From contig CAZWLA010000001.1 in the NCBI GenBank assembly GCA_964633845.1, positions 31,300 through 95,299 of the forward strand: DNA of 64,000 nt. Reading direction: 5' to 3'. This document shows positions 1 to 9,030 of the stretch, piece by piece; the stretch's first letter is position 1; every line of letters starts with the position of its first letter. Source of the DNA: an uncultured Arcobacteraceae bacterium. Lineage in GTDB: Bacteria > Campylobacterota > Campylobacteria > Campylobacterales > Arcobacteraceae. The notes beneath the pieces were generated by a model. That model had not been told where the DNA came from and made no database searches. It saw nothing but the letters and a program-made list of their open reading frames with translations. Both the position numbers and the translations under genes were made by a program.

Positions 1-837
1 CTCTTGAAGATCGTGAAGTCTAGCTTTTAGAACTTTCATAGCTTTTTCTCTGTTTTTGTGCTGAGATTTTTGATCTTGATTTGTCACTACTAGACCGGTA
101 GGAAGGTGTGTAATACGAATTGCTGAATCTGTAGTATTTACAGATTGCCCACCACATCCAGATGCTCTCATAGAATCAATTTTAAGATCTTCTGCTTTAA
201 TCTCAATCTCTACATCATCAACTTCAGGGATAATTGCAACTGTAATAGCAGATGTATGTACTCTCCCTTGAGTTTCAGTTGCAGGTACTCTTTGAACTCT
301 ATGAACCCCAGATTCAAATTTCATCTTTGAATAAACAGATTCACCCTTTACTAGGAATACCATCTCTTTGAATCCACCAGCTTCTGATTCATTACTATTC
401 ATAATCTCAGTTTTCCAACCTTGGTTTTCTGCAAACTTGATATATGTTCTAAACAGATCTGCTACAAATAGTCCTGCTTCATCTCCTCCAGCTCCAGCTC
501 TAAGCTCAATAAAAATATTTTTATCATCATTAGGATCTTTTGGAAGCATTAGAAGCTTTATCTCTTCTTCTAGCTCTGGCTTTCTAGTTTCTAATTCTTT
601 TAATTCTTCTTTTGCTAGCTCACCCAATTCAGGATCATCAAGCATAGATTTATTATCATCAATATCAGAAATAATTTGATTATATTCATGAGCAGCATCT
701 ACAATTTTTTTAATGCTTGATTGTTCTTTTGATAATCCAGTCATTTTTTTAATATCTGACATAACCTCAGGAGATACTATAAGATCTGTAAGTTCATCGT
801 ATCTATCGATAAAAGATTGTAGTTGTTGTTGTAGCAT
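1..837 (-). CDS. prfA: Peptide chain release factor 1 (partial; 3' end runs off the window)
   Basis: Absent from the ORF track because no stop lies in the window. Manual minus-strand translation from the ATG at 837-835 gives [42 protein letters not shown]. Further on are [14 protein letters not shown] (PAT tripeptide of RF1, not SPF of RF2) and [25 protein letters not shown] (GGQ loop). Confidence 0.9.
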   Translation of the reverse strand, partial: MLQQQLQSFIDRYDELTDLIVSPEVMSDIKKMTGLSKEQSSIKKIVDAAHEYNQIISDIDDNKSMLDDPELGELAKEELKELETRKPELEEEIKLLMLPKDPNDDKNIFIELRAGAGGDEAGLFVADLFRTYIKFAENQGWKTEIMNSNESEAGGFKEMVFLVKGESVYSKMKFESGVHRVQRVPATETQGRVHTSAITVAIIPEVDDVEIEIKAEDLKIDSMRASGCGGQSVNTTDSAIRITHLPTGLVVTNQDQKSQHKNREKAMKVLKARLHDLQE

Positions 838-873
838 AGATTTGCCTAGTATTGGAATATATGTGTAGTAGGT

Positions 874-907
874 TTGTGTCATCTAGTTAAAATACTAGAT
901 GACACAA
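874..907 (-). terminator. 14-bp perfect stem-loop just downstream of rpsT; no clear U-tract
   Basis: TTGTGTCATCTAGT (874-887), loop TAAAAT, ACTAGATGACACAA (894-907). It lies 8 nt after the rpsT stop and upstream of the prfA start. No T-run follows on either strand. Confidence 0.35.
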
Positions 908-914
908 GTAGTGA

Positions 915-1175
915 TTAAAGAGCGTTAACTTTTACTTGTAGTCTACTTACTTTTCTAGCAGCAGTTTCTTTCTTTAAAACTCCTCTACTTACACAATGGT
1001 GGAAGTATTTGTTTGCAGTTTTCATTGACTCTGCAGCTTTAGTAGTATCATTTGCTTCTACAGCTTCTAGTACTTCTTTTGTGATGTTTTTGATTCTTGC
1101 TTTGTAGAATCTGTTTCTCTCTGTTTTTACAAGAGTTTGTTTAGCTCTTTTTGCAGCTGATTTATGGTTTGCCAT
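915..1175 (-). CDS. rpsT: 30S ribosomal protein S20
   Basis: 86 aa, [30 protein letters not shown], the typical S20 N-terminus, basic throughout. Confidence 0.95.
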   Translation of the reverse strand: MANHKSAAKRAKQTLVKTERNRFYKARIKNITKEVLEAVEANDTTKAAESMKTANKYFHHCVSRGVLKKETAARKVSRLQVKVNAL

Positions 1176-1287
1176 ATTGCTAATCCTTAGTATTATTTAT
1201 AATTTTGTTCGGAATGGTACTTAAATAGTACTTAAACTAAGCTTTGGTTAAAGTTATGATTAGTGCTATATATTTGACAGTATATTA

Positions 1288-1296
1288 TGGTATAAT
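1288..1296 (+). promoter_or_regulatory. Extended -10 element (TGgTATAAT) upstream of glmM
   Basis: TGGTATAAT at 1288-1296, about 34 nt before the glmM ATG. The TTGACA at 1274-1279 is only 11 nt away, so it is not a functional -35. Confidence 0.35.
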
Positions 1297-1329
1297 CGCA
1301 ATAATAATACAAAATTAGGGGTATTGTAG

Positions 1330-2676
1330 ATGCATAAATTATTTGGTACAGATGGAGTAAGAGGACAAGCAGGAACATTTCTCAGTGCAATGACTGCATT
1401 GAAATTAGCACAAGCTGTTGGTATTTATTTTAAAAATAACTCAACAAGGAAAAGAGGTAAAATATTACTTGGTAAAGATACAAGAAGAAGTGGATATATG
1501 ATAGAAAATGCACTTGTATCTGGACTTACCTCTGTTGGATATGATGTAATACAAATAGGCCCTATGCCAACACCAGCCATTGCGTATCTTACTGAATCTA
1601 TGCGATGTGATGCTGGTATTATGCTTAGCGCATCACACAATTCATATGAAGATAATGGTGTAAAGTTTTTTGATTGTAGTGGTGATAAGTTAAATATAAA
1701 TATTGAACAAGAGATTGAAAATATATTCTATAATGAAAAACTTTTAGAATCATCACAAGTAACACATGACAAAATTGGTAAAGCAAAAAGAATTGATGAT
1801 GTAATAGGAAGGTATATTGTATCTATTAAAAGTTCATTTCCAACAGGTGAAGGATTGTCTGGTCTTAGAATTGTACTAGATTGTGCAAATGGTGCAGCAT
1901 ATAAAGTTGGCCCTACAATATTTGATGAATTGGGTGCAGATTTAATTGTATTAAATGACAAACCAGATGGTTTTAATATCAATGATGAATGTGGAGCTCT
2001 ACATCCAGATAAGCTTGGAAAAGAAGTTAAAAGAGTTCGTGCAGATATTGGAATTGCACTTGATGGTGATGCGGATAGATTGGTAGTAGTGGATGAAAAT
2101 GGAGAAACTATTGATGGTGATAAGTTAATTGGTGCATTAGCTGTTTATTTAAATAATGAAGGGAAACTACCATCACATAAATGTGTTGCTACAGTGATGA
2201 GTAATATTGCATTAGAAAATTACTTAAAAGATCATGGAATTGAACTTCTTAGATCAAATGTTGGTGATAAATATGTTTTAGAAGTGATGAAAAATAAAGA
2301 TATTAAATTTGGTGGTGAACAAAGTGGACATATTATATTTTCAGATGCAGCTAAGACTGGTGATGGATTAGCTTCTGCATTACAAGTGCTAGATATGATT
2401 ATAAAAAGTGGTAGGAAAGCAAGTGAAGTATTAAACCCATTTGCACTATCACCACAGATTTTAAAGAATTTAATAGTGGAGGAGAAAAAGCCATTAGAAC
2501 AAATAGATGGCTTAGAAACTCTTTTGGAAAGTTTTAGACAACAAGGACTTAGAGATCTTATTAGATATTCTGGTACAGAAAATAAAATTCGTTTACTTCT
2601 TGAGGGTGATGATCAAATGGTGGTGCAGAACTCTATGGATACATTAGTAGAATTTATTAAACAAAAATTATGTTAA
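1330..2676 (+). CDS. glmM: Phosphoglucosamine mutase
   Basis: 448 aa. N-terminal FGTDGVRG, catalytic-serine loop [11 protein letters not shown], Mg site DGDADR, and GEQSGH. Confidence 0.95.
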   Translation: MHKLFGTDGVRGQAGTFLSAMTALKLAQAVGIYFKNNSTRKRGKILLGKDTRRSGYMIENALVSGLTSVGYDVIQIGPMPTPAIAYLTESMRCDAGIMLSASHNSYEDNGVKFFDCSGDKLNINIEQEIENIFYNEKLLESSQVTHDKIGKAKRIDDVIGRYIVSIKSSFPTGEGLSGLRIVLDCANGAAYKVGPTIFDELGADLIVLNDKPDGFNINDECGALHPDKLGKEVKRVRADIGIALDGDADRLVVVDENGETIDGDKLIGALAVYLNNEGKLPSHKCVATVMSNIALENYLKDHGIELLRSNVGDKYVLEVMKNKDIKFGGEQSGHIIFSDAAKTGDGLASALQVLDMIIKSGRKASEVLNPFALSPQILKNLIVEEKKPLEQIDGLETLLESFRQQGLRDLIRYSGTENKIRLLLEGDDQMVVQNSMDTLVEFIKQKLC

Positions 2677-3122
2677 AAAAATTATATATAGCAATAGCTA
2701 TATTTGTAGTTGCAGTTGCTGTAGATCAATATATAAAATCAATATTTGTTGATGGATATGTATGGCATAGTGATTGTATATCTTTAACCCTTGCATATAA
2801 TAAAGGTGTGGCATTTTCAATGTTTGCCTTTTTGGATGAGTACCTAAAGTATATACAGATTCTACTTGTTGGCGCAATAATAGTATATTTGATTAAAAAT
2901 AGTGATATATTCTTACAGTATTATATACCTGCATCTTTAATTTTAGCAGGGGCTATTAGCAATATATATGATAGATTTATCCATATTGGTGTAGTTGATT
3001 ATGTATATTGGCATTGTAAATTTGATTTTGCTATCTTTAATTTAGCAGATGTATTAATTGATTTAGCAATCGTAATGATTCTATATATTAGCTATAAAGA
3101 CTCACAAAAAGATAAAATTTAG
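2670..3122 (+). CDS. lspA: Lipoprotein signal peptidase (signal peptidase II)
   Basis: 150 aa polytopic membrane protein. It carries AYNKGVAFS and FNLADVLID motifs. The start overlaps the glmM stop (ATGTTAA). Confidence 0.9.
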   Translation: MLKKLYIAIAIFVVAVAVDQYIKSIFVDGYVWHSDCISLTLAYNKGVAFSMFAFLDEYLKYIQILLVGAIIVYLIKNSDIFLQYYIPASLILAGAISNIYDRFIHIGVVDYVYWHCKFDFAIFNLADVLIDLAIVMILYISYKDSQKDKI

Positions 3123-3140
3123 AATTTGTCCATTTTACCC

Positions 3141-3169
3141 TTGACAAATTAAAAAAAATTAAGTACAAT
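3141..3169 (+). promoter_or_regulatory. Sigma-70-type promoter for the tRNA operon
   Basis: TTGACA (3141-3146), 17-nt spacer, TACAAT (3164-3169). It lies about 27 nt upstream of tRNA-Pro. Confidence 0.6.
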
Positions 3170-3195
3170 TCCACCCACTTTTAAGTGAAGTATGT

Positions 3196-3272
3196 CGGAG
3201 CGTAGCGCAGCCTGGTAGCGCACCTGGTTTGGGACCAGGGGGTCGGAGGTTCGAACCCTCTCGCTCCGACCA
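3196..3272 (+). tRNA. tRNA-Pro (anticodon TGG)
   Basis: Cloverleaf folded by hand. Acceptor CGGAGCG/CGCTCCG, anticodon stem CCTGG/CCAGG with loop TTTGGGA, T-loop GGTTCGAAC, encoded CCA. Confidence 0.9.
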
Positions 3273-3311
3273 CTGTTATTTAAAATTTTATATGTTATAA
3301 ACGATTTTCAT

Positions 3312-3389
3312 GGTAGGTATAGCTCAGTCGGTTAGAGCGTCTGGTTGTGGTTCAGAAGGTCGCCGGTTCGATTCCGGTTACTTACCCCA
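3312..3389 (+). tRNA. tRNA-His (anticodon GTG)
   Basis: Extra 5' G(-1) typical of tRNA-His. Anticodon loop TTGTGGT, T-arm GCCGG TTCGATT CCGGT, encoded CCA. Confidence 0.9.
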
Positions 3390-3425
3390 TTTTAAGTTTT
3401 TAACGATATAATTCCAATTATATAA

Positions 3426-3502
<77 letters not shown>

Positions 3503-3529
3503 TTTTTGTTATCAATTAACTACATTTAT

Positions 3530-3614
3530 GCGGATGTGGTGAAATTGGTAGACACGCCAGACTTAGGATCTGGTGCCTCACGGTGTGAAAGTTCGAGTCT
3601 TTTCATCCGCACCA
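3530..3614 (+). tRNA. tRNA-Leu (anticodon TAG), long variable arm
   Basis: 85 nt. Anticodon loop CTTAGGA, long variable arm (TGGTGCCTCACGGTG), T-loop GTTCGAGTC, encoded CCA. Confidence 0.9.
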
Positions 3615-3641
3615 TTGTGTAGTTAGTTGATAGCAAAATAA

Positions 3642-3668
3642 AAAGCCCCAAATATTTGGGGCTTTTTT
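3642..3668. terminator. Bidirectional intrinsic terminator (tRNA operon / thioesterase gene)
   Basis: AAAGCCCCA, loop AATATT, TGGGGCTTT, followed by T-run. An A-run upstream lets it serve the convergent minus-strand gene too. Confidence 0.75.
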
Positions 3669-3686
3669 AATGCCTAATTTTAGTGA

Positions 3687-4076
3687 TTACTTATCTAGGA
3701 GTATATGCTTATCAAGTGTTGCTGTATAAAATATACCTTTGAATACAGCAGTAGAAGATACACTTCCTATAACCTCTATTGTAGATCGATTTGTTTCTTG
3801 CTTAATAATATTTGCTTCAAAAACTATAGTTTCACCAACTTTTACAGGAGCTAAAAATTTAGTTTCACTTTTTGCTAAAACAACATAAGGATTATTTACT
3901 GCTGCCATTGCTGCAAAATCTGCAGCACAAAAAGCAAAGCCACCGTGTACTAGTCCTTGTGCGTCTGCAGCCATAAACTCTTTTGTAAAAAGTTGTATTT
4001 TTGAAAACCCTTCTTGAAGTTCAATAACTTTACCATTGATATTGTTATCTAGTTTTAGATGAGTATTTAATTGCAT
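3687..4076 (-). CDS. Hotdog-fold (PaaI-type) acyl-CoA thioesterase
   Basis: 129 aa. GLVHGGFAFCAADFAAMAAV matches the PaaI/YbgC-type hotdog core. Confidence 0.7.
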   Translation of the reverse strand: MQLNTHLKLDNNINGKVIELQEGFSKIQLFTKEFMAADAQGLVHGGFAFCAADFAAMAAVNNPYVVLAKSETKFLAPVKVGETIVFEANIIKQETNRSTIEVIGSVSSTAVFKGIFYTATLDKHILLDK

Positions 4077-4143
4077 TATGAGCCTTTTATAAGTATTGTA
4101 TCTATTATACAGTAGAATGACAAAAAATTATTAGGGAATAGTC

Positions 4144-4332
4144 TTGAAACATATAAAACATATTATATTGATTATGATAGTAACTATATTATTTAATGGT
4201 TGTATCGTTGGTGATGTTGTTGCTTTACCATTTAGAGTAACAGGAGCAGTTGTAAATGTAGTTGCTCCAGATATTGTGGGTGATACTATTACAGATATAG
4301 GAGATGTAGCTGATGCCGCAATACCTTTCTAG
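4144..4332 (+). CDS. Small putative lipoprotein
   Basis: 62 aa. Signal peptide with lipobox LFNGC, then a Gly/Val/Asp-rich mature part. It overlaps the next ORF by 20 nt. Short, so coding status is uncertain. Confidence 0.4.
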   Translation: MKHIKHIILIMIVTILFNGCIVGDVVALPFRVTGAVVNVVAPDIVGDTITDIGDVADAAIPF

Positions 4333-4783
4333 GGGAATCTTACTAATATTAGTATTATTTTCATTCATTGAGGCAAAGGATAAGATATATTTTTTACCAG
4401 AAGATGGTAAAAAAGCTTCAAAGGATATAATAAAACTTTTTGATACTAGCAATAAAAGTATTGATATTGCTATGTATAATTTTAAATATAATAAATTTAT
4501 CAAAGCATTAAAAAGGGCATCAAAAAGAGATATTCAAATAGATCTATATCTTGATAAAGTAAAATCCAAAAAGTCTAAAATAGATTTTATAAAATATAAA
4601 ACATTTGATAAAAAGCTTCATATAAAAGCTGCTATTTTTGATAACAATACAGTCGTATTTGGAAGTGCAAACTGGAAAAAAGAGTCGTTTAAAGAAAATT
4701 TTGAGGTAATATATATTACTGATGATAAGAAAATAGTTAAGAAATTTAAAAAAATATTTAAAAAATTAAAAGAAAATAATTAA
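4313..4783 (+). CDS. Secreted phospholipase D-family (Nuc-like) nuclease
   Basis: 156 aa with an N-terminal signal peptide. Single HKD motif: HIKAAIFD followed by GSANW. Confidence 0.75.
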   Translation: MPQYLSRGILLILVLFSFIEAKDKIYFLPEDGKKASKDIIKLFDTSNKSIDIAMYNFKYNKFIKALKRASKRDIQIDLYLDKVKSKKSKIDFIKYKTFDKKLHIKAAIFDNNTVVFGSANWKKESFKENFEVIYITDDKKIVKKFKKIFKKLKENN

Positions 4784-4792
4784 GGAGTAATT

Positions 4793-5992
4793 ATGTTAAG
4801 TATAGCAGTTATGGGGTATTGTATATATTTTTTAGTTTCAGTATATACATCTTTTATGCAAATATCATATGTAAAGGATGCAAAAAAACAAAAAGCAGTT
4901 ATTTTGGATGAATCAAAATTTGAAGAAGCAGGAAGTTATGCAGTTGAAAGTCAAAGAGTTGCTATGGCAACAACAATATATGACTTTGCATTATTTTTTA
5001 TCTGGATTGGTTTTGGTTTACAGTTTTTAGATAGTGTTACAGTTACATTAGTAGGATGGCAAAAGGCAGTTGTGTTTATTGATCTATTTATAATTATAAA
5101 TTGGATTTTAGGCTTACCATTTGAGCTTTATAGTACATTTAAGTTAGATAAAAAATATGGCTTTTCTAATATGACACCATCTTTATATATTAAAGACACT
5201 ATCAAAACAGGAATGCTATTTTTAATATTTGGAAGTGCAGTGATAGCAGCTATTAGTTTAATCATTGAAAATTTTGAATCATGGTGGATATATGGATTTA
5301 TATTTATTTTTGCCGTTATATTAGTGATAAATATGGTTTATCCTATTGTTAGAGATAAGATGTTTGATAAGTTTGAAAAATTAAAAGATGTAGAACTTGA
5401 AGCTAAAATAGAAAAATTACTTGATGAGGTTGGATTTAAGTCTAGTGGCGTATTTAGTGTAGATGCATCAAAAAGAGATAATAGATTAAATGCATACTTT
5501 GGTGGTCTTGGCTCTACAAAAAGGGTAGTATTATTTGATACACTAGTACAAAAATTATCTCATGATGAGCTTTTAGCAGTACTAGGACATGAATTAGGTC
5601 ATTTTAAAAATGGTGATATTTTAAAAAATATTGGTATTATGGGTGTAGTTATGTTTATATTCTTTGCAATATTTGGAAATCTTCCAGATGAGTTGTTTTT
5701 ACAAATGCATCTATCAAATGAACCATATGCAATTATATTAGTGTTTATGATGTTTAGTCCAATATTATCATTCTTTTTAATGCCATTAATATCATTAATT
5801 AGTAGACATAATGAATATGCAGCCGATGAGTTTGGGTCTAATCTAAGTAGTAAGGATGATCTTGTAAATGCACTTTTAAAGTTAGCAAATGAAAATAAAT
5901 CATTTCCATTATCACATCCAATATACATATTTTTTTATTATTCTCATCCACCATTAGTGGAAAGATTAAAGGAGTTAGATTACAAAATGTAA
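4793..5992 (+). CDS. M48 family (Ste24/HtpX-like) integral-membrane zinc metalloprotease
   Basis: 399 aa with multiple TM segments. HELGHF zinc motif plus downstream EYAADEF. Confidence 0.85.
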   Translation: MLSIAVMGYCIYFLVSVYTSFMQISYVKDAKKQKAVILDESKFEEAGSYAVESQRVAMATTIYDFALFFIWIGFGLQFLDSVTVTLVGWQKAVVFIDLFIIINWILGLPFELYSTFKLDKKYGFSNMTPSLYIKDTIKTGMLFLIFGSAVIAAISLIIENFESWWIYGFIFIFAVILVINMVYPIVRDKMFDKFEKLKDVELEAKIEKLLDEVGFKSSGVFSVDASKRDNRLNAYFGGLGSTKRVVLFDTLVQKLSHDELLAVLGHELGHFKNGDILKNIGIMGVVMFIFFAIFGNLPDELFLQMHLSNEPYAIILVFMMFSPILSFFLMPLISLISRHNEYAADEFGSNLSSKDDLVNALLKLANENKSFPLSHPIYIFFYYSHPPLVERLKELDYKM

Positions 5993-5996
5993 TCTA
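5976..5996. terminator. Stem-loop spanning both stop codons of the convergent M48 / rimM pair
   Basis: TAGATTACA, AAA, TGTAATCTA (9-bp stem). It contains the M48 TAA (5990-5992) and the rimM stop complement (5994-5996). No U-tract. Confidence 0.4.
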
Positions 5997-6521
5997 GCTA
6001 TTTTCTAATATTTCAATAGCTTTTGAAGTTAATATAGTTTTTGCAGTAGTATCAACGCTTATGATATATTTATCAAGATATGGAATCATAAATGTTTTTG
6101 GTAAATCTTTTTGAATTAAGTCTTTAGTAGTAGCCACTTCAAGATAATCAGTATCACCATATCTATGTATATCTTTTACATCTCCTAGTATAGTTCCATT
6201 ATCAATAATTGTACTATTTATAATATCAAACCAGAAGTATTGTGTTTTTGATAAACTACATAGTTCTTTTGAATCTTCAGGCGTTGTAAAAACTTCTTTA
6301 TTGATTAGCTTTTTTGCTATATCACAATTATTAAAATTTTTAAACTTTACGATAGATCTTTTTTGATTAAAGTGCTCTATGGTAACTGTAGTATTGTTGG
6401 ATAGTGTAAAAGTTGTACCAGTTTTAAATTGCTCTGGGAAGTCTGTATCTAGGTGAAGTTTTAATTCGCCATGAAGTCCAACCGTTTTACCGATCTTTGC
6501 AATATAAATTTTATTTTGCAT
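5994..6521 (-). CDS. rimM: 16S rRNA processing protein RimM
   Basis: 175 aa. IAKIGKTVGLHGELKL N-terminus and PRC-barrel C-terminus. It sits in the conserved rpsP-KH-rimM position. Confidence 0.85.
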   Translation of the reverse strand: MQNKIYIAKIGKTVGLHGELKLHLDTDFPEQFKTGTTFTLSNNTTVTIEHFNQKRSIVKFKNFNNCDIAKKLINKEVFTTPEDSKELCSLSKTQYFWFDIINSTIIDNGTILGDVKDIHRYGDTDYLEVATTKDLIQKDLPKTFMIPYLDKYIISVDTTAKTILTSKAIEILENS

Positions 6522-6750
6522 TTATTTGGATTTTATAAGATATACCATCTTTTGCTTTACAACCATTTATTACAGTTTTAATAGCATTAATCATATTTCC
6601 ATTTTTACCAATAAGCTTACCAATATCATCTTGGTGAGCAGTTACTGTAATAAGTGCAAATGTTTCATTGTCATGCGCTATATCTACAGTAATATCGTCA
6701 GGATTAGCAACAATTAATTGTGCATAATCCTTGACAAATTGAGTAATCAT
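6511..6750 (-). CDS. KH-domain RNA-binding protein (YlqC/UPF0109 family)
   Basis: 79 aa. GKLIGKNGNMINAIKT contains the GXXG KH loop. It sits between rpsP and rimM. Confidence 0.85.
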   Translation of the reverse strand: MITQFVKDYAQLIVANPDDITVDIAHDNETFALITVTAHQDDIGKLIGKNGNMINAIKTVINGCKAKDGISYKIQINAK

Positions 6751-6756
6751 CTGAGA

Positions 6757-6984
6757 TTATTTTCCAGTGATTTTTTTAACTTTGCTACTCATTTGAGCAC
6801 CAACACTTAACCAGTGGTCAAGTCTATCTTCATCAATTTTAAGTACCTTTGGCTCAACTACTGGGTTGTAGTATCCAATTGATTCGATCCAACCTGAATC
6901 TCTTCTTTTTCTACTATCTGTAACTACGATTCTGTAAAATGGCTTTTTCTTTCTACCCATTCTTGTAAGTCTAATTGTTGTCAT
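6757..6984 (-). CDS. rpsP: 30S ribosomal protein S16
   Basis: 75 aa, [41 protein letters not shown]. Confidence 0.95.
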   Translation of the reverse strand: MTTIRLTRMGRKKKPFYRIVVTDSRKRRDSGWIESIGYYNPVVEPKVLKIDEDRLDHWLSVGAQMSSKVKKITGK

Positions 6985-7070
6985 TGTCTATCCTTTTTTA
7001 TTTTTTACTTTTGGTGTAAAGTGATAAAATGAACCAATCTCATCTTACCACTTAACACTAAGTTTTTGAT

Positions 7071-8441
7071 CTATCTACCAAGTCCTGGTGGCATACCAGC
7101 TGGCATTCCTGCACCTGCATCACCCATTTGTGATAACATCTGTTGCATACCTTTGCCACCTTTTCCTGATAGCTTTTTTGCCATCTTTGCAGCATTTTTA
7201 AATTGTTTAAGTATCTTATTTACTTGTACTTCTGATAGTCCTGCACCATTAGCTAATCTTCTTTTTCTACTTAAATTGATAATAGATGGAGTTTCTCTCT
7301 CTTTTGGTGTCATTGAAGATATTAAAGCTTTAATTCTTACTATTTCACCTGAGTTTTCAAGATCCATATCTCCAAGTTGTCCAGCCATTTTTCCCATACC
7401 TGGAATCATTGACATAATTGACTTCATAGAGCCTAATTTTTTCATCATCTCAAGCTGATCTAAAAAGTCATTAAAGTTAAATTCACCTTTTTTGATCTTT
7501 TTAGTAACCTCTTTTGCCTTTTTTTCATCAATTACAGCAGATGTTTTCTCAGCAAGACCTTCAATATCTCCCGCACCCATTAATCTAGATACGATTCTAT
7601 CTGGAATAAATACTTCAAGGTCTGGCATCTTTTCACCAGTACCTACAAATCTTAATGGTACTTCAACTTGATTTGCAATAGATAGTGCAACACCACCTTT
7701 TGTATCACCATCAAATTTAGTTAAGATAACACCATCAATACCAATTTTTTCTTTAAATGATGTTGCTGTTTTTGTAGCATCATGACCTGTAAGTGCATCT
7801 GCTACATAAAAGATCTCATCTGGATTAACTGCAGACTTTATATCTTTAAGTTGTGACATAAGTTCATCATCAATTGCTAGACGACCAGCTGTATCTACAA
7901 GTAGTACATCATAAAGTCCATCTTGAGCTTTCTTTTTAGCAGCAAGTGCAATTTTTACTGGATCACTTTCATTATCATCAAAGTAAATATCAACTTCAAT
8001 TTGTTCACCAATTTGTTTTAATTGTTCAACTGCAGCTAATCTTTGTAAATCTGCAGCAGCAACTAAAACTTTTTTCTTCTTTTGTTTAAGATTTAAAGCT
8101 AGTTTACCTGTTGTTGTTGTTTTACCACTACCTTGTAATCCAGTCATTAAAATAGTTGTTAGTGGTGTTGATGCGTATACAAAACCTTGGTTTCCAGAAG
8201 TTGTTAAAATAGTAGTTAAGTTTTTTTGTAATGCTTTTAGAAAACTATCTTGACCAATACCATTTTCTTTTGTATCTGATTCTATAGCTGTAACTAATTG
8301 TTTTGTAGTTTTATGGTGTACATCTGATTTTAAAAGTGATTTTCTAAGCTCAGTTGTTGCTTTTTTTAGTGCGCTAGCATCATCTTGATGTCTAATTTTA
8401 TTTACAACACTTTTAAAGCCGCCCGTTAATACTTCAAACAA
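7071..8441 (-). CDS. ffh: Signal recognition particle protein Ffh
   Basis: 456 aa. GLQGSGKTTT P-loop, DTAGR, and TKFDGD (a close variant of the SRP GTPase TKLDG box). Met-rich M domain (MSMIPGMGKM), GMPPGLGR tail. Confidence 0.95.
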   Translation of the reverse strand: MFEVLTGGFKSVVNKIRHQDDASALKKATTELRKSLLKSDVHHKTTKQLVTAIESDTKENGIGQDSFLKALQKNLTTILTTSGNQGFVYASTPLTTILMTGLQGSGKTTTTGKLALNLKQKKKKVLVAAADLQRLAAVEQLKQIGEQIEVDIYFDDNESDPVKIALAAKKKAQDGLYDVLLVDTAGRLAIDDELMSQLKDIKSAVNPDEIFYVADALTGHDATKTATSFKEKIGIDGVILTKFDGDTKGGVALSIANQVEVPLRFVGTGEKMPDLEVFIPDRIVSRLMGAGDIEGLAEKTSAVIDEKKAKEVTKKIKKGEFNFNDFLDQLEMMKKLGSMKSIMSMIPGMGKMAGQLGDMDLENSGEIVRIKALISSMTPKERETPSIINLSRKRRLANGAGLSEVQVNKILKQFKNAAKMAKKLSGKGGKGMQQMLSQMGDAGAGMPAGMPPGLGR

Positions 8442-8597
8442 TTAATCTTCTCCTATAATTTTAAGTTTGGGATTATATATTAAAGTTGCTTGATTTAAAC
8501 TTAATGTAAGTTTTGAATATTCATAAACCCCTTGTCTAAGGGATTGTTAAATAATTTTATCTTAAAATATACTTAAAATACACCATAAGGATTAAAG

Positions 8598-9023
8598 ATG
8601 ATACTCAATAGGTTTATATTAAGTATAGTATTCTTAACTAGTATTATATCACATCTAGGAGCTAATAGTTTAAATCTAAAACCAGCGGATGATTATGATA
8701 AAATTATTAAAGTAGCACAAGAGAGTCAAAAAAATGTTTTATTGTTTATCTATCGTGATGGATGCCCTTGGTGTAGAAAACTAAAAGAAAATACCTTTCA
8801 TGATAAAAAAGTTATAAAATATATTAATGATAACTTTATATTTGCAACAATGCCAAAAGATAATTGGACATTGCCTAGCCAATATACACCAAATATAATA
8901 CCATCAGTATTTATGATTGATTCAAAGAGTGAAAATATGATCTATTGGCACAAGGGATATATAGAAGCAGATGATATGATTAAATTATTGCAAAAAATTA
9001 ATAATATTTTAGCTGGTCAATAG
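8598..9023 (+). CDS. Exported thioredoxin-fold protein (CPWC)
   Basis: 141 aa with a signal peptide. It carries DGCPWCRKLKENTF. It is a paralog by eye of the ORFs at 56697 and 61454. Confidence 0.7.
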   Translation: MILNRFILSIVFLTSIISHLGANSLNLKPADDYDKIIKVAQESQKNVLLFIYRDGCPWCRKLKENTFHDKKVIKYINDNFIFATMPKDNWTLPSQYTPNIIPSVFMIDSKSENMIYWHKGYIEADDMIKLLQKINNILAGQ

Positions 9024-9030
9024 TTACTTA

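Noticed and set aside
1-837. Programmed +1 frameshift of the release-factor gene.
   Set aside because: The frameshift is a feature of prfB (RF2). This protein carries the RF1-specific PAT tripeptide and reads through in a single frame.
1274-1279. TTGACA upstream of glmM as a -35 hexamer.
   Set aside because: It is only 11 nt from the TATAAT at 1291-1296, which is too short for sigma-70 spacing. The extended -10 (TGG TATAAT) is the better signal.
7066-7458. Antisense or overlapping track ORFs inside well-supported genes. This one lies opposite ffh. Others include 145-679, 1425-1982, 4225-4503, 5599-5928, 6526-6717, 11090-11278, 12046-12273, 14666-15401, 16164-16418, 20940-21264, 22566-22874, 23246-23440, 24236-24489, 25348-25685, 26454-26687, 30973-31230, 32472-32660, 36786-37022, 41085-41273, 42909-43100, 44283-44468, 47525-47752, 50443-50649, 51612-51815, 53008-53328, 54851-55120, 55960-56510, 57421-57672, 58965-59192, 60708-61373 and 61711-61935.
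   Set aside because: Each lies within or across a CDS that has strong family motifs on the other strand or frame. Their translations are low-complexity (Ser/Ile/Phe/Leu-rich) with no motifs and no RBS. They are typical shadow ORFs of AT-rich DNA.
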